In this document: one piece after another, positions 14,140-27,669 of the stretch | How the letters are laid out: the number at the start of each line of letters is the position of its first letter | Numbering within the stretch: position 1 is the stretch's first letter | Source of the DNA: Camelus dromedarius | Taxonomy: Eukaryota | Length of the DNA: 64,000 nucleotides | Direction of reading: 5' to 3' | NCBI RefSeq assembly: GCF_036321535.1 | Contig: NC_087438.1 | Location: 5,272,001 to 5,336,000 of the forward strand | The notes under the pieces: model-generated | Seen by the model: only the letters and a program-made list of their open reading frames with translations | Told to the model about the DNA's origin: nothing | Database searches by the model: none | Program-made: the position numbers and the translations under genes

Positions 14140-14642
14140 ATATCGCTTGTCAATTTCTGCATAACAATTACCTCAACACTTGGTGGCTTTAAAGAACATT
14201 AAACATCCCACAGTTTCTGTGGGTTGGAGTTTGGAAGGAGCTTAGCCAGGTAGTTCTGGCATAGACCTTCCCATGAGGCTGCAGGCCAGATGTTGGCCGG
14301 GGCTGCTGGGGGATCTGCTTCCGACGTGGCTTCTCGCATGGTTGGCAGGTAACTTCCTGTTGGCTGGAAGCCTCACTTCCTCATCATACAGCTTTTTGTC
14401 AGGTTGCTTGAGTATCCTCCCAGTGTGGCCACTTGCTTCCTCACAGGGAGGGATCCAAGAGAGAGCCAGATGGAAACTGCAGTATCTTTTATGGCCCAGC
14501 CTTGGAGGATCATTTCTGGTCATTTCTGCCGTATCCTGTTGGTTATGCAAGTCAGCCCTGTCCACTATAGGAGAAGACAGTACAGGGTGTGAGGACCGCA
14601 AGGGGAGGACCCCTGGCGCCATCTTGGAAGCTGACGACCACA
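14140..14642 (-). mobile_element. MaLR MLT1-type solo LTR
   Basis: ctgcataacaattacctcaacacttggtggctttaaa...cccacagtttctgtgggt and the end ggcgccatcttggaagctgacgaccaca. Confidence 0.8.
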
Positions 14643-16684
14643 CTAAGGCAAAGGATGAGTGAGGCAGCTTCAGTTGCCTTCAGAGATTGTCTGGAATATG
14701 TCTACAGCGTTGAATTAAATCTAAATTCATAAAATGCATTTCAGATCCTAAAGTAACTTACATACTTAGGAATTACAAAAGCTTAAATGGCATGGAGTAC
14801 CAATTATTTTTTAAAGAACTATGAAGACATACAGCTTTTTCGTCCTGAAACAGGACAGGTATACTAAGCAGAAAAGCAGGCACGACGCATGGCTAATGCA
14901 GATGGTTCGGTCGATACCTGAGGGTTTTTTAATGAGAATTATTAGGTTTATAGACCAAGAAGATCAGTTGATAACTTTTAGTTCTGCTTTGATGATTCAT
15001 TCAATGAAGCATTCATTCCCTGTTAATAAAATGTACTAGTTCTTTACTGACTGATGACAGCAGCAGTAATAGTAATACGTAGGGTGAGGGGAAAGTGGAG
15101 GAGAATCTATAGATGTAAATGTAGCCCCTCCCAGTTGCTCCCTCTGAAGCCCCCCCACTAGTGCGGGAACATTCACAAGCCAATCACGTCTTTGAAAACA
15201 AACACGTACCCCTTGCCCCAGTGCCGCCCTCCAACTCTGAAATTACCTCTTTCTCCCAAGAATTCCATGGCCCCAGGTTCTGGAAAGATTTTCCTCACAC
15301 TCTCTCTGATTAGACTTCCTTATTTTCTCCCCCTCCTCGAATCACCGCTGTCCGGCTTTAACCCCCACCCCGTCACAGCGCTCATTCTTCCTTAATTCAC
15401 CCTCAGCTGTCTTACGTTCTCAAATCTGAGCATTACTTCCTTCTGCATCCTTATCTCATTAATTGTTCAGGTACCCTTGCGCCTGTTCACCTTGGCCTTG
15501 CACTTAAAGCATTCTACAGAGGCCCTTGGCTTCCATGGCATTGCATCCCCTTTTTCTCTCCCTACAGTCTCCTTTGTGTTTTCTCGTCCCTAAATCTAGC
15601 CTCTCCTGTAAATGAGAGCACTTCAGGGCTCCCTCCTGACTCCTCTGTTCTCTCTAGCTCTCACCCAGGACTTTAGTGACCGTCACCAAGACGCTAAGGC
15701 ACAGAACTCAACCACAGCTTTCCGTAAGCACCTGCGTAGTGGGTGGATTCCTCTTGGGTGTTGCGCTGACAACTACCCTCAGACTCAACATAACCAAAGT
15801 GGAGCTAGTTCACCTTCCCTTGCAAACTTGATTTGAGTTGTACGAACCCAGTGTGTCTTTATCCTTAATCCTTTTGTCTCCCAGACCCGCCCCGACAACA
15901 TCTAATTGCTGACAAAGCCTGACTCATTCTCCTCTTTGTGTGTCTCCCACATCTGTTCAGTTCTCTCCATTTCCCCGATTACAGATCTTCCACAGGACTG
16001 ACAGGGTAGGCTTCTCACTGACCTGCCTGTCTCCAGGTTGCTGCAGCCAGAGTGATCTTTCTAAAGGTGATCTGATCAGAGCCTGTGTGGGGTGTGCTTC
16101 CCACGTGCCCCCACAGTGCTCACGCCTCCCCCACCAGAACCCTTTGCACATCGCATCATAGTTTCGTGCATACAGTTGGGATCCCCCTGCTGTCAAATAA
16201 GTTCTGGGTCAGCTTAGGACATCTGCATTCAGCCTGACGGCTTGACGTTTTGACACAGGAAGCATGAGGAGAGGTCGTCAGCAAGAGGTGGAGTCCACCG
16301 CCCATTCTCACGTTCTGCTTCTCAGCATCGCCTGGTCAGGCACTCTGTCTCTGAGCGAGCAGAGCAGTGCTTCCTCTTGGACGGTGAGGCCGCATCCGTG
16401 ATCTCTGCCCCTGCGGGGGACCGTGGGAGAAGTGGGGGTGGTGACATAGCACCATCTGAATGGAGAACCGTTCAGCAGCCCTGGTTCTTCTGGACCAGAG
16501 GGCTCCCCCACCCGGCTTCTGTCCGCCATCAGAGGAGCCGATCTTCCCTTCAGAGTGAAGCCGTCAGTCGTATACTCTTGCACAAAGAGCAGAGTGTGCC
16601 CCACAGCAGAGACAGAGCTGTATTCTGCATGCTACCAGGCTGATGGGACCACCCTATTTGTTTACTGTGTTGGAATATTCGTAA

Positions 16685-17315
16685 CACAGTTTTAACCATT
16701 TTAAATTGTACGGTGCAGTGTCATTACACACATTCACATTGTTCCGCAACCATCACCACCATTCATGTCCAGAACTTTCTTCATTTCAAACTGAAGCTCT
16801 GGACCCACTAAGCAACAAGCCCCCACCCCTACCTCTGTTCACCGTGCCGGTCTCTGTCTCCAAGGTGTGACTGCTCCGAGCACTTCACAGCAGTGGAGTC
16901 ATACAGTATTTGTCCCTTTGTGTCTGGTTTATTTCACTCAGTGTGACGTCTTCAGAGTCCACCCTTGTTACGGAGTGCGGCAGAATAGCACTTCTTTTAA
17001 AGACTGGGTAACAGTCCAGTGTATGTAGACACGTAGTCTCTTTATCCATCCATCCGCTGTCAGGGGACATTTGGTTCGTTCCTACCTTTTGCCCACTGTG
17101 AATAATGCTGCTGTGAACACGGGTGCACAAATGTCTGTTTGAGTCCCTGCTTTCCGTTCTTTGGGGTAGATACCCAGCAATTGCTGAATCACATGGTAAT
17201 TCTATGTTTCTTTTTTTTTTGTGGAAACATGGTACTGTTTTCCAGAGTGGATGCACCATTTTGCTTTCCCACCAAGGTGCCTAATATTTCCAGTGTCTCC
17301 ACATCCTCAGAAACA
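16685..17315 (-). mobile_element. Old LINE-1 (L1M-type) 3' end
   Basis: Minus ORF 16885-17259 has L1 ORF2 C-terminal remnants (HPLWKTV, IELPCDSAI, LSEINQTQRDKYCM); L1 3' UTR wording cattcacattgttccgcaaccatcaccacc. Confidence 0.88.
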
Positions 17316-18290
17316 TGTGTTTCTGTTTTTGTTTTTGTTTTTGTTTTAATAAAGCCTCTCCTCATGAGTGGGAATTGGTAGTTATTTTTGTCTCACGGAC
17401 CATCTTAAACCATCTTCCAACAAATCATAAACAGCTTATCATGCTAGCAAAGCTGTCACGCACAAACTGGGGCTGTGTTTCTCTGCCCCAACCCCTCAAG
17501 GTTAGCTGAGCACGTGCAGAACTCTAGGAACCTCACACCTGCCCCGCCAGCCTGTCCCTCCCACGAAGCGGCACTGTCCTTTCCTAAGTGCCCGTCGGGC
17601 CCCTCACCGCCCGCTCTGTTCTGGCTCGTGGCTCTCTGCTGTCTTCTGCTCTGGCACTCATTTTCACTGTCAGCGGACGTCAGTTGGTGTCCTTATTTGT
17701 TTAATGCACCTCCCCCCAACTAAACTCTGAACTTTAGGAAGACGTGCTGTATCTGCCCTCCCAGCAGGGGGTAAGAAACCCAGAATTTTTTCTTCAAATC
17801 AATAAAAACAGGATTTGACTCTTATGACTTTACTTCTTTTACTTAAGGGACTCTTATGTAAAATCATGTAATGATTCAAATAGAAGATCCCTATTTGATC
17901 TCAGAATTATGACTGTGTAATGCACTGTCGGGATGAAGACCACATAAACCGGGGGGGGGGCCCCCGGGTGGGGAGGGTGGCCCCGACCCCAACCTCGACC
18001 CCGAGAGAAGAAAGGTGATCGGTAGGAGTGGACTAGAGTAGAAAAAGTGCACTGCATGACTTTGTCTTCTCCAATTTTAATTAGAAAAATTTAACATAAA
18101 AAAAATGTTTAATGGTGGGAAAGTTTAGAAAAATGTTTATGTATTCCCTACCCAGGGAAATGACATTTTTCTTACAAAAATATATAGAGAGAGTATAAAG
18201 ATACTACACTTTTTTAATGGGAAAAACTACCATTACTTGCTTAACAAATATCAACTTGCAAATACTGCACCCATCTGTTCGTTCCCACAG

Positions 18291-18402
18291 CATCCTCTAC
18301 GCGGACATTGTTGGGTTCACCCGGCTGGCCAGTGACTGCTCCCCGGGAGAACTAGTCCACATGCTGAATGAACTCTTTGGAAAATTCGATCAAATTGCAA
18401 AG
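18291..18402 (+). CDS. ADCY2: ADCY2 coding exon (approx. exon 6), 112 nt, C1a with first metal-binding Asp ([10 protein letters not shown])
   Basis: Acceptor ttcccacag|C, donor AAG|gtgagt; translates [37 protein letters not shown]; phase matches the previous exon (AG+C = Ser). Confidence 0.97.
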
Positions 18403-19874
18403 GTGAGTATTAGTGATGGCCTTCTATTTTATAGAAAATCTTGGCTTACTTTCTCTGTGGTCCCTTACCAATTTTTTACCTCTTCTTAAAAGCATCCTTT
18501 AGGAACGTTGTTTGTAAATTTGTTGGATTTATCTGCCATTGAACCCTGATAAGTCTCAAACCTACCTTGGGAATGAGAAATGCTGCAGCATATTATTAGC
18601 ATACATTTTCATCTATTTTTAAAACTTCCACTTATGTATAATTCAGCAGACAAATAATAAATACCTTCAACATGACGAGATTTGATTTGCATGTCTGCAC
18701 TCTGCTGTTCTAAGGTTGTCTTTTTAGGCATTTTGATGTCAAGGAGTTGGAAACATGGTTTCCTCTCCAGTTAGAACCATCACATATTCATAGTGCTAAG
18801 CAACATCCTGGGAAAATCTCTAAAATAAGATACATAGCTTCTCCCTAAGCCCTTTATTTACTGTTGTGTCAGTTTTCTCCATTGACCCTTGCACCGCTTA
18901 CACAGAAATGTAAGTTCAGTATCTGCCATTCATATGCTCATTTATGGGCAGTTCGCAGAGAGGGAATGATGGCAACTGACCTAAGACCACACGAGACCTT
19001 ATTCTGGACATATTTATTGGAACTGTTAGGGTTCTGGTGGGAACGTTGATACTCTTTTTCTTTTTTGCTAGCCCTCTGCTTCTGTCTTAGGAAACATCTC
19101 TGGTCAGCTTAATTTTGTTTTTGAATTATTCCCAACAAAAATACAAAAATACTTTATTATGTTTTTATGCTTTTTTTTCTTTTCTTTCTTTCTTTTATTC
19201 TTTTCTTTATTTTTTTTTTTTAGCAGAGAAAGGTTTATTGCAGGACCAACCAAGCAAGAAGAATAGGCAGCTCATGCTCAAAAACCCCAAGCATCTATTA
19301 CACTTATTATTAATATGCATTATTTACACGAGGAAGCGTTAGTTCTAAGTTTAATTCATCATGAGGTTTCACTCACTGTTAAACAATACAGAACATTCCA
19401 GCTGAGCCTTTTCAGGATAAATCTGGCTTGCAGGTGTTTGCAGAGTCACTCTTCCGTCAAGCTCCCCGTGAGGTGCATTATGCCCAGATGACCAGGACAG
19501 ATCTCACTGGGGATTTTTAAAAGACCATTAAGAATACAGCTCTGTTTCCTTCCTTTACCAAACCGAAGGAAGAGGTTGAGTTTTGGGGATACTCATCTTT
19601 AGGGAAAAAAACAAATAATGTCTTGAAAGTTTGAGTTAATAAAAGGTCATTTTTGTTGGACTGCCTGCTCACATTAGGAAGAAGCATCCGCTTGGTCCAT
19701 CCATTGTTGATCTCTGGGAGCAGCATGCTTTGGATATCAGTTCATGGCTCATAATTCAAGACCGTGGAGTTGGAAGGCATCGTAAGCAAACAGATAGCTC
19801 AGTCCACCGAATGAATACTACATAAAGCACGACTTTAGGTTAAGGGACTCAGCATCATTACTCATTCACTGTCA

Positions 19875-20348
19875 TTTTTTAACCACTTTAATGAGGTGTA
19901 ATTGACATAGAAAAAGCTGGACGTATTTAATATATATACAACTTATTGAGCTTAGGGATATACCCATGAAACCATCACTACAATCTACACCATAAGCATA
20001 TCTATCACCTACAAAAGTTTCCTTTTGCCCTTTTAATTATAATTATTATCATTATCATTTTGTGATTAAAACACTTAACATATGCTCTACCTTCTTAACC
20101 AAGGTTTAGGTCTACAGTGTAGTATTATTAACTACATACACCATGCTGTACATATAGCAGATCTCTAGGACTTATGCATCGTGCATAACTGATACTTCGT
20201 ACCCTTGACCAACACCTCCCCACTTTCCCTTCCCCAGACCTGGCCCCCACTACTCTACTCTCTGCTTCTGTGTTTGACCAGTTTAGATTCCTCAAAGTGG
20301 TACCATATAGTATTTGTCATTCTGTATCTGGATTATTTCACTTAGCAA
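19875..20348 (-). mobile_element. LINE-1 3' UTR segment (non-inverted part of a 5'-inverted insertion)
   Basis: T-run then gaggtgtaattgacat...cccatgaaaccatcactacaatc...ggattatttcacttagca. Confidence 0.85.
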
Positions 20349-21471
20349 GTCAAATTCCACAGCCATTAAAAAGATCACACACTTTGACCAAATGAGATTT
20401 ATCCCTGGGATGCAAGTTGGGTAACATAGCAAATCGATGAATGACGTATACCATATTAACAGAATAAAAGATAAAAATCTTATGATCATCTCAATCAGTA
20501 GATGCAGAAGGAGCATTTGACAAAGTTAAATGCCCTTTTATGATAAAAACTCTCAACTAATAAGGTATAGAAGGAACTTACATCAACACAATAAAACCAT
20601 TTATGTAAAGTCCACAGTGAACATTATACTTACTAGGGAAAAACTGAAAACTTTCCCTCTAAAATTGGGAACAAGACAAGGATACCTGCACTCACCACTT
20701 CTGTTCAACATAGTACTCGAAGTCCTAGACAGAGCAATTAGGCAAGAAAAAGAAATGAAAACATTCAAATAAGAAGAGAAGGAGTACCATCATCTCTATT
20801 TTCAGATGACATGACCTTATACATAGAAAACCCTAAAAAGTCCACAAAAATCTGTTAGAACAAATAATTAAATTCAGTAAAGTTGCAGAATACAAAGCCA
20901 TCATACAAAAATTAATTGTGTTTCTACGAACACAGTTTCTATGAATGAAATCTCAAAAGGACATCAAGAAGACAATTCCATTTATGTTATCACCAAAAAG
21001 AATAAAATACTTAAGAATAAAAACAGAAGAATTACTTATACAGTGAAAACTATAAAACATTGATGAAAGAAATCCAAAAAGACACAAATAAGTAGAAAGA
21101 CAGTTCAAGTTCATGAGTTGTAAGAATTGATATCAATAAAATGTTCACAATGCCCAAAGCCACCTACAGATTCAATGCAATCCCTAAAAAAAAAACCTGT
21201 GCCAATCCTATTTTTTACAGAAATAGAAAAAAATCCTAAAATGTATGCAGAACCCCAAGAGACTTCAAATATCCAAAGCAATTTTGAGCAAGGAGAACAA
21301 AGCTAGAGGCATCATGCTTCCTGATTTCAAAATATATTGCAAAGCTACAGCCATCAAAACAGCATGATACTGGTATTAAAAACAGACACATAGACTAATG
21401 GGACAGAATAAGGAGACCAGAAATAAACCCATGCGTATGTAGTCAACTGATCTTTGCTAAGAGTGCCAAGA
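20349..21471 (+). mobile_element. LINE-1 ORF2 reverse-transcriptase segment, disrupted
   Basis: Translates to RT motifs ([52 protein letters not shown]) with stops and frameshifts. Confidence 0.93.
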
Positions 21472-22531
21472 ATTCACTATTATTAATCTTCCTGTTTTCT
21501 AGACTCAGAATGCATACTTAGGAAAGTGTGGGAGGGAAAGCCTTGTTAGTAAGCAGTCTTTTACCTTTTATAATGTAAACGTTGTTCTCAGGAATTACTA
21601 CCACATCACCTATAGTGCTGTGGACAAGCGTGAAAATCCAGAAGCTCTCTATGAGACGGAAAGAAGAACACACAACCTTCAGTAAACCTAACACATACTA
21701 AAGAACAGAAAGCTCTTATGTTCATTTTATTATTTCAGATTTGTTCAATTTATGCACAAGCCTGTGTGCATGTTGAGGGAGAAAAGCTGTGTTTAGTACA
21801 TCTTTGTACTCTTTATTTTTAATGGCAGTGAAGAGTCTACAAGCTGGTTGAAAAGGTTAGAAATGGAAGTAGGATTGATGCACATGAATGAAGTTAACCT
21901 CAGGTTATAATATAAATATAATCCAGCCAAAGAAAATAATGAGTTAGCCTAACTTTATATTCAAACGATGATTTAACCTGAGATCAGAATTGAGTTTTCA
22001 CTTTCTTGGCGATGTTGAATGGCGGCTTATTACATTGTAGGGATGTTTGTCAGAAGCTTCATGTCTGCAGGTAAGAATGTGCTTCAGCTTTAAAAGAAAT
22101 GAAGAAAACTGCGACTGTGATGGGGAATGACATCAGATTCTAACTCCAGTTGAGTTCTGATGATCATTTCCTATCCTGCATCGAATGTTTGATTTCACTG
22201 TCAACATTTGGGGATGTTCGGATGAAAGAGACTGGTCCTATCTTCACGTGCCTCTGCAGTGTTCAGTGTACTCATCCCGGAACACTCTCTCAGCTTTCCT
22301 CTTCTGCTCACTTCCCTTGCTCTCCCTGCTGTGGTAACTGGGCAAGCGGGCGAGGGTGGCCCAGTCTGGGTGGGTAATGAAAGGAAACTCAACTAGTTCT
22401 CCTTTCTCTCGCCCTACAGACCCTATTCCCTGGGACAGTGCCGGTGACACTGGCACGTGGTGGTGTTTGGGAAATGGGGATCATTATGTAAGTGCTTAAT
22501 GCACCTGGGATTCTGTGATTTCTTCTTCCAG

Positions 22532-22659
22532 GAGAATGAATGCATGAGAATCAAGATTTTAGGAGACTGCTACTACTGTGTGTCCGGACTCCCTATCTCT
22601 CTCCCTAACCACGCCAAGAACTGTGTGAAAATGGGACTGGACATGTGCGAAGCCATAAA
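22532..22659 (+). CDS. ADCY2: ADCY2 coding exon (approx. exon 7), 128 nt, C1a with second metal-binding Asp (KILGDCY)
   Basis: Acceptor ttcttccag|GAG, donor AA|gtaagt; translates [42 protein letters not shown](K). Confidence 0.97.
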
Positions 22660-24237
22660 GTAAGTGTGTTGCTTAGTTAGACCTTTGTTAACTGTTGAGT
22701 AAATTTTAGTTGTAGTTCTCACAACTATTTCTATTTTTCTGTCTACTGGCACTAACTACGCTATTATACATTTAAATATAAATGTGTGGAGACTCACTTA
22801 CTGCATATGAGAACTCAGTCCAAAGTAAGACTTCTGTAAGTGTTTTATCTTGTTATTATTAGCCTTAGGTCACAGCAAAACTGAGTTAGAAACCTATGGG
22901 AAGGTTTCATTTCATTCGTTTGTTTCAGAGGTGATTTTTTTTTTAAATTTAAATGTCTTCTTCCATCTTTAGGAAAAAGGCTGTACTCTTAGCATCTCTC
23001 TTGATTTCTGACAAGTAATAGGGCTACACACAAATTGTAAGAGCAAGTTTTTACCATCAGACTATAATTAATATCAAAATCCAGTCCAGAATTACTGCTT
23101 CTAGTCAAACACGCTCAGCTCTGTGAATGCAGTTTCAGTCTACATCCATAATAGCTTTCTGCCTTGTATCTATGGTTTCTTTGATTTTAATTCTAGAGAA
23201 GATCTTGCTTACAAAGAATAATGTTGTCATTACAGTTGACAAGTAGAGAGGGTAAAAACGTGAGGAACAGTTCATTTTCACTGCTGGTACTATAATGCAT
23301 ACTTCTTTATGATACCTTCGTAGAAGCCAGGACATGCTTGGATAAAAGCTCATGTTTGTTGGTTGTGTGACTGAAAGATTTCAGCTTGGGGGTGGGGTTA
23401 ATTGCCTAGTTTTGGTCAAGTGATTTTCCGCTACCCTCACATATTTTTGGTCTAAACAGGATACAAATTATGTGCTTGATCTTATAATTCCTTATCTCAG
23501 GGTTAGAATAAATGAGACTTTAAGTGAGAAAGCAACAAATCCAGTTGACACTGTGTTTAGTCCTTGGTGTAAGTTGGTCGTGTGCTGAGATGGACTGAAC
23601 GGTTGGTCGGTGGGTTTCCCAGTGCTGTCCCAGGAAGAATAACGAAGCCCCCAGCCTCAGGGGGGTCCTCAGACCTAAGCGTTTGTCACAGGCCACTGTG
23701 GGACAGATCAGGGAGTGGGAGGCAAATGAATAAAGAGGAATTGAAGAAAGAATCAAGAAGGGAGGGGTGGTCAGGGTGGCCTCAGCTTCTCAAAAGAAAT
23801 ATTCCTGCTTCTTCCCATAAGTAAATAACTTGTCTTCTCTGAAACATAAAAAAAAGGCTTTTAAACTCTATTTCAGAATGAATTAACTGTTCACGGCACC
23901 ATAGGTCTGGGTATAAGTGAATTCAATCAGTAGAACTAACAGATTTTCTCAAATTTATAACCCACCCTGGAGGCAGCCTCAGTGTTGGTTTCAACATGAG
24001 ATGAAGTGGATTCCACGAATGAGTTTGCTGAAAGGCAGGATTCTCTGCATCAGTAGCACTGGGTTAAGCTACCCACCCTTTTACTGAAGCGAAATGTCTG
24101 CTTTGGAATCAGCTGTTTTCCGGTTGTGTTGCTTCTGTAAACCCAGCATGTTGAAGCGCCTTTAGGATAAGGACCCCTTACGTTCTGTCCCCTGGCACGT
24201 CATCAGGTCGTCCGTGGTATCTCTTGTTGTCGTTACG

Positions 24238-24660
24238 TTTTTTTTATGGTGGCGAAATATACATACCATAAATACTTCCCTTTGAACCGTTTTCACATGT
24301 ACAATTTGATGGCATTAAGCACATTCAAAATGTCATACCACCATCAGCACTGTCTGCTCTTCCAGAACCTTCTCATCATCCCAAACAGAAGCTCTACTCA
24401 TTAAACAGCAAGTGCCCATCCCCTTCCTCTCAGCCCCTGGTAACTTCTGTTTGACTCTCTGCCTCTGCAAATGTGCCTGTTCTGATGGTCCATGTAAGTG
24501 GAATCGTACGATATTTGTCCTTTTGTGTCGGGCTTGTTTCACTTGCTATGATGTTTTCGAGGCTCATTCATGCTGTGGTTTGTGTTCATACTTCATTCCT
24601 CCAAGTGATGGAATCATACTCCGTTGTATGTATGTACCACCTTCTTTATCCATTTATGTT
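24238..24660 (-). mobile_element. Old LINE-1 (L1M-type) 3' end
   Basis: tttcacatgtacaatttgatggcattaagcacattca...ttccagaaccttctcatcatcccaaacagaa...atttgtccttttgtgtc. Confidence 0.85.
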
Positions 24661-25626
24661 AGATGCATCGGTGGTGTCTCATGTGTCCAGCATCTCAGTG
24701 ATGCCAGCAGCGTTGAGCAAACTCCCAGAACTCTTTCTTATACCTGAACTGAAGCTTCAGATGTAATGGCCGTGTGTCCCAATCCTTGACCGGAGGCTTC
24801 TGCACCCGTTGTAGTATATCCCCTGTTCGGCTCATGCACAGTTGACAAGGTGATCAATAGTAGGGTGTCTTGCTGCACCTTCATTAAGAGAGAGCATCTC
24901 AGCGGATTTCAAACTTCTTTGTTCTCTCTCACATCCAGAGATGAGAGCAATTCCAGCCCCATTTATTCAGCCACAGATGAGCATGAATACAGGAAGTTTA
25001 TTTTTTAAGCTGATGCAGAGAAAGCATGCACTTGGCACTTGGAATTTTTCCAGATTATCTCGGGTGTTTTGTAAGAACCAGCAACGTAGGTCCAGGAACC
25101 CTTGCCTGTGTTTGTCCCGCCATGTTGGGACCTCCACATTCACCCGCTGCCCCGTTCCCCGTTAGCTGAGTCAGCTCTGCAGAAGCACGTCTGTCTGTCC
25201 GTTGCCCTTTGGGAATATTCCCAACGCTTAGCGAGGCTTTTTTTTTTCTCCTGTCATGAAAATGTAAACTGTCCTTAATCAAGGAAGGAATATTCAGGAC
25301 TCTGGTTTGTAAGTGATTAAAGCTCCCCTTAAAACTAGGAAGGCTGGCTACTATTGTTGCAAGCTCTTAGCAGTTATTCCAACGTTTTTCTGTAGATCAC
25401 AGGCTGCCATCTACGTGCGTTAAGTCATTTAATCAGTCAGTTCATCTGAACCTTTGATCAACTCATTTTTCTAAAAAAAGACACGAAGCACAAGGAGATT
25501 GTTTTAAAGAGTTGAATCATTAACCAGTCTATTCTGTCCCAACGGCCAGCTGTAGAGGGCTTTGTCATCCCTTGTTATTCCCTCTTGGCTCTCCAATGAT
25601 CATGTTTTGATAAAAAGAATGCCATG

Positions 25627-25747
25627 GGTGGGGAGAGGGTATAGCTCACGGTAGAGCACATGCATAGCATGCACTGAGGTCCTGGGTTTGATCCCCGGTA
25701 CCTTTGTTAAATAAATAAATAAGCCTAATTACCCCCCCAAAAAAACA
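25627..25747 (+). mobile_element. tRNA-Ala-derived SINE (vic-1-like)
   Basis: gggtatagctcacggtagagcacatgcatagcatgcactgaggtcctgggtttgatcccc; TSD aatgccatg at 25618-25626 and 25748-25756. Confidence 0.9.
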
Positions 25748-27510
25748 AATGCCATGTGGTTGGAACTGTTCTCTCTCAATGACATAAAATCTTAAGAACA
25801 TAATAATGTTCTGCAACAGTTTTTTCAGGATCGTCATCTCCCAAAGACAGAAACACAGTAAATCCTTCAAAACTGACCTGGGTCAATTAATAAACTTGTA
25901 TTAAGTGTCTGTGTTGCACCAGGTCCTGAATGAACCTGCTGATGGGTAGCCTGTGTCTGTGTCCTCTCGGGCTGACACTCTGAGAGCAGACGTGGACAGC
26001 AGCAGGGAGTGCTGACTGTACTCGGAGGGGTTGGAGCACGTAGGAGGGATGCCCACCTCAACCAGGAGGGAGAGACTGGAAAGCCTTCTTGGATGAGGTC
26101 ATGCCTCAGTCACGGATGGGAGAACCAGGCAAACTGGCCTGAGGCCCCAGGCCGGTCTGGGAAGGGAGGCTCAGGGGAGTGCGGCGCAGGGAGCGCGCGG
26201 TGTGAGCAGAAGCGCAGAGGGGAGGAGCAGGCAGTGCCCAGCAGGGCAGCGCTCACCGCGGGGGTTGGGGGGCAGGTGGGGGGGCAGCCCAGGTCTCCTG
26301 TGTTGTGTTGATGCTCCTCTCGTGAGCAAGAATGAAGGGTCTGGACAATTTTCAAAGTGCCTCAACTAGAATCATTGTCTTTTTTATGGAGAAAAAAAAA
26401 AAACAGAAAAGGAAGATAGGAAGGAAGGGATGCAAAGGGAAACAACCTTCTATGCCCATATTTCAGGAGCCCACTTATTTTTACATCATAGACCCGTTCT
26501 TTTTCTCAGTAGAATGCTCAGCTGGTGGCTCTTCATCATTTAGGCATGACTTGCATGCCTGTGTCATTCTGGGAAGTTCCAGGGTCGTTTTACTGCAACC
26601 CCGTCTCCTCGTGGGGAGCAGTCAGCATCACAGCTTTCCCCCACGCTTCCTCTGGGGGTGGTTCTCTCCATGTAACTAAGGACACTTTCCTGCACTCTTC
26701 TTTTACCATAATATTTTAATTGATAAATGCATCTATCTGCCAAAAACAAATAAGTGTTGCCAAGCATTGCCATTTTCCCTTAAAGGAAGTCCTTCATTTG
26801 TCTCTTTTAATGAATTGGTGACAGGGTCCCAAAGTCGCTTTTAAATGATTTTTAAAAATTAGTTTCTTTTGAATGATACCTTATGCATGATTAAAGCTTT
26901 TAAGAGCTTTTTATTCTTCTCTTTTTTTTGTTAAAGAATGTGCACAATTGAAAAGCTTTAATCTCCTGGTTATTTTTTAACATTTTCCATTCAGGCTAAG
27001 TCATTATTAAGCTCACAAATAAGCTGTATTGTCCGTCACCAACAGAACGTATTCACTGGGGATGTAGGTCATGCTAAGCACTAGAATTGCAAGTGGCATC
27101 TAAGATTGTTTGTTGATGTACAAGGCAAGTAACAAATAAGGTTTCTCACAGTTCAAGACAGTACACACGGGTCCACTAGGAAAATTCCAAGGAGGTGTCA
27201 GCACGTGATCAGTGCTTGATATATGCTGGTTGAAAAACTAGAAGTTACGACCAAAATGCTGCGTCATGGCCACGGCCGGCCTGATGCCTTAGCAGGCGGA
27301 GCTTGGCACTCATGGTTTAGACGGGTGGTAGCCAGAGAGGAAGGCCCCTCCTCTAGGCTCAGAGCAGGAATCCTCTGCCACGAGGGGAATTCATAACAGT
27401 ATTTCTGACAGTCTGAGAAATTCTGAATAAGAAAATGCCTGGAAAATTGACCAAGAATTAACGGAAGAAGAGGCTATGCCTAGAGGGTGATGTGATTTCC
27501 TTCTCTTTAG

Positions 27511-27669
27511 GAAAGTGAGGGACGCCACCGGAGTTGACATCAACATGCGTGTGGGCGTGCATTCCGGGAATGTCCTCTGCGGCGTGATCGGTCTGCAGAA
27601 GTGGCAGTACGACGTGTGGTCCCACGACGTCACCCTGGCCAATCACATGGAGGCCGGAGGGGTCCCTGG
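27511..27669 (+). CDS. ADCY2: ADCY2 coding exon (approx. exon 8), 159 nt, C1a cyclase signature
   Basis: Acceptor ttctctttag|G, donor GG|gtaagg; translates [52 protein letters not shown](G). Absent from the ORF track; read manually. Confidence 0.97.

Noticed and set aside
20530..20772. Reverse-transcriptase-like ORF as a novel RT system
   Set aside because: It is a stop- and frameshift-ridden fragment of ordinary LINE-1 ORF2.
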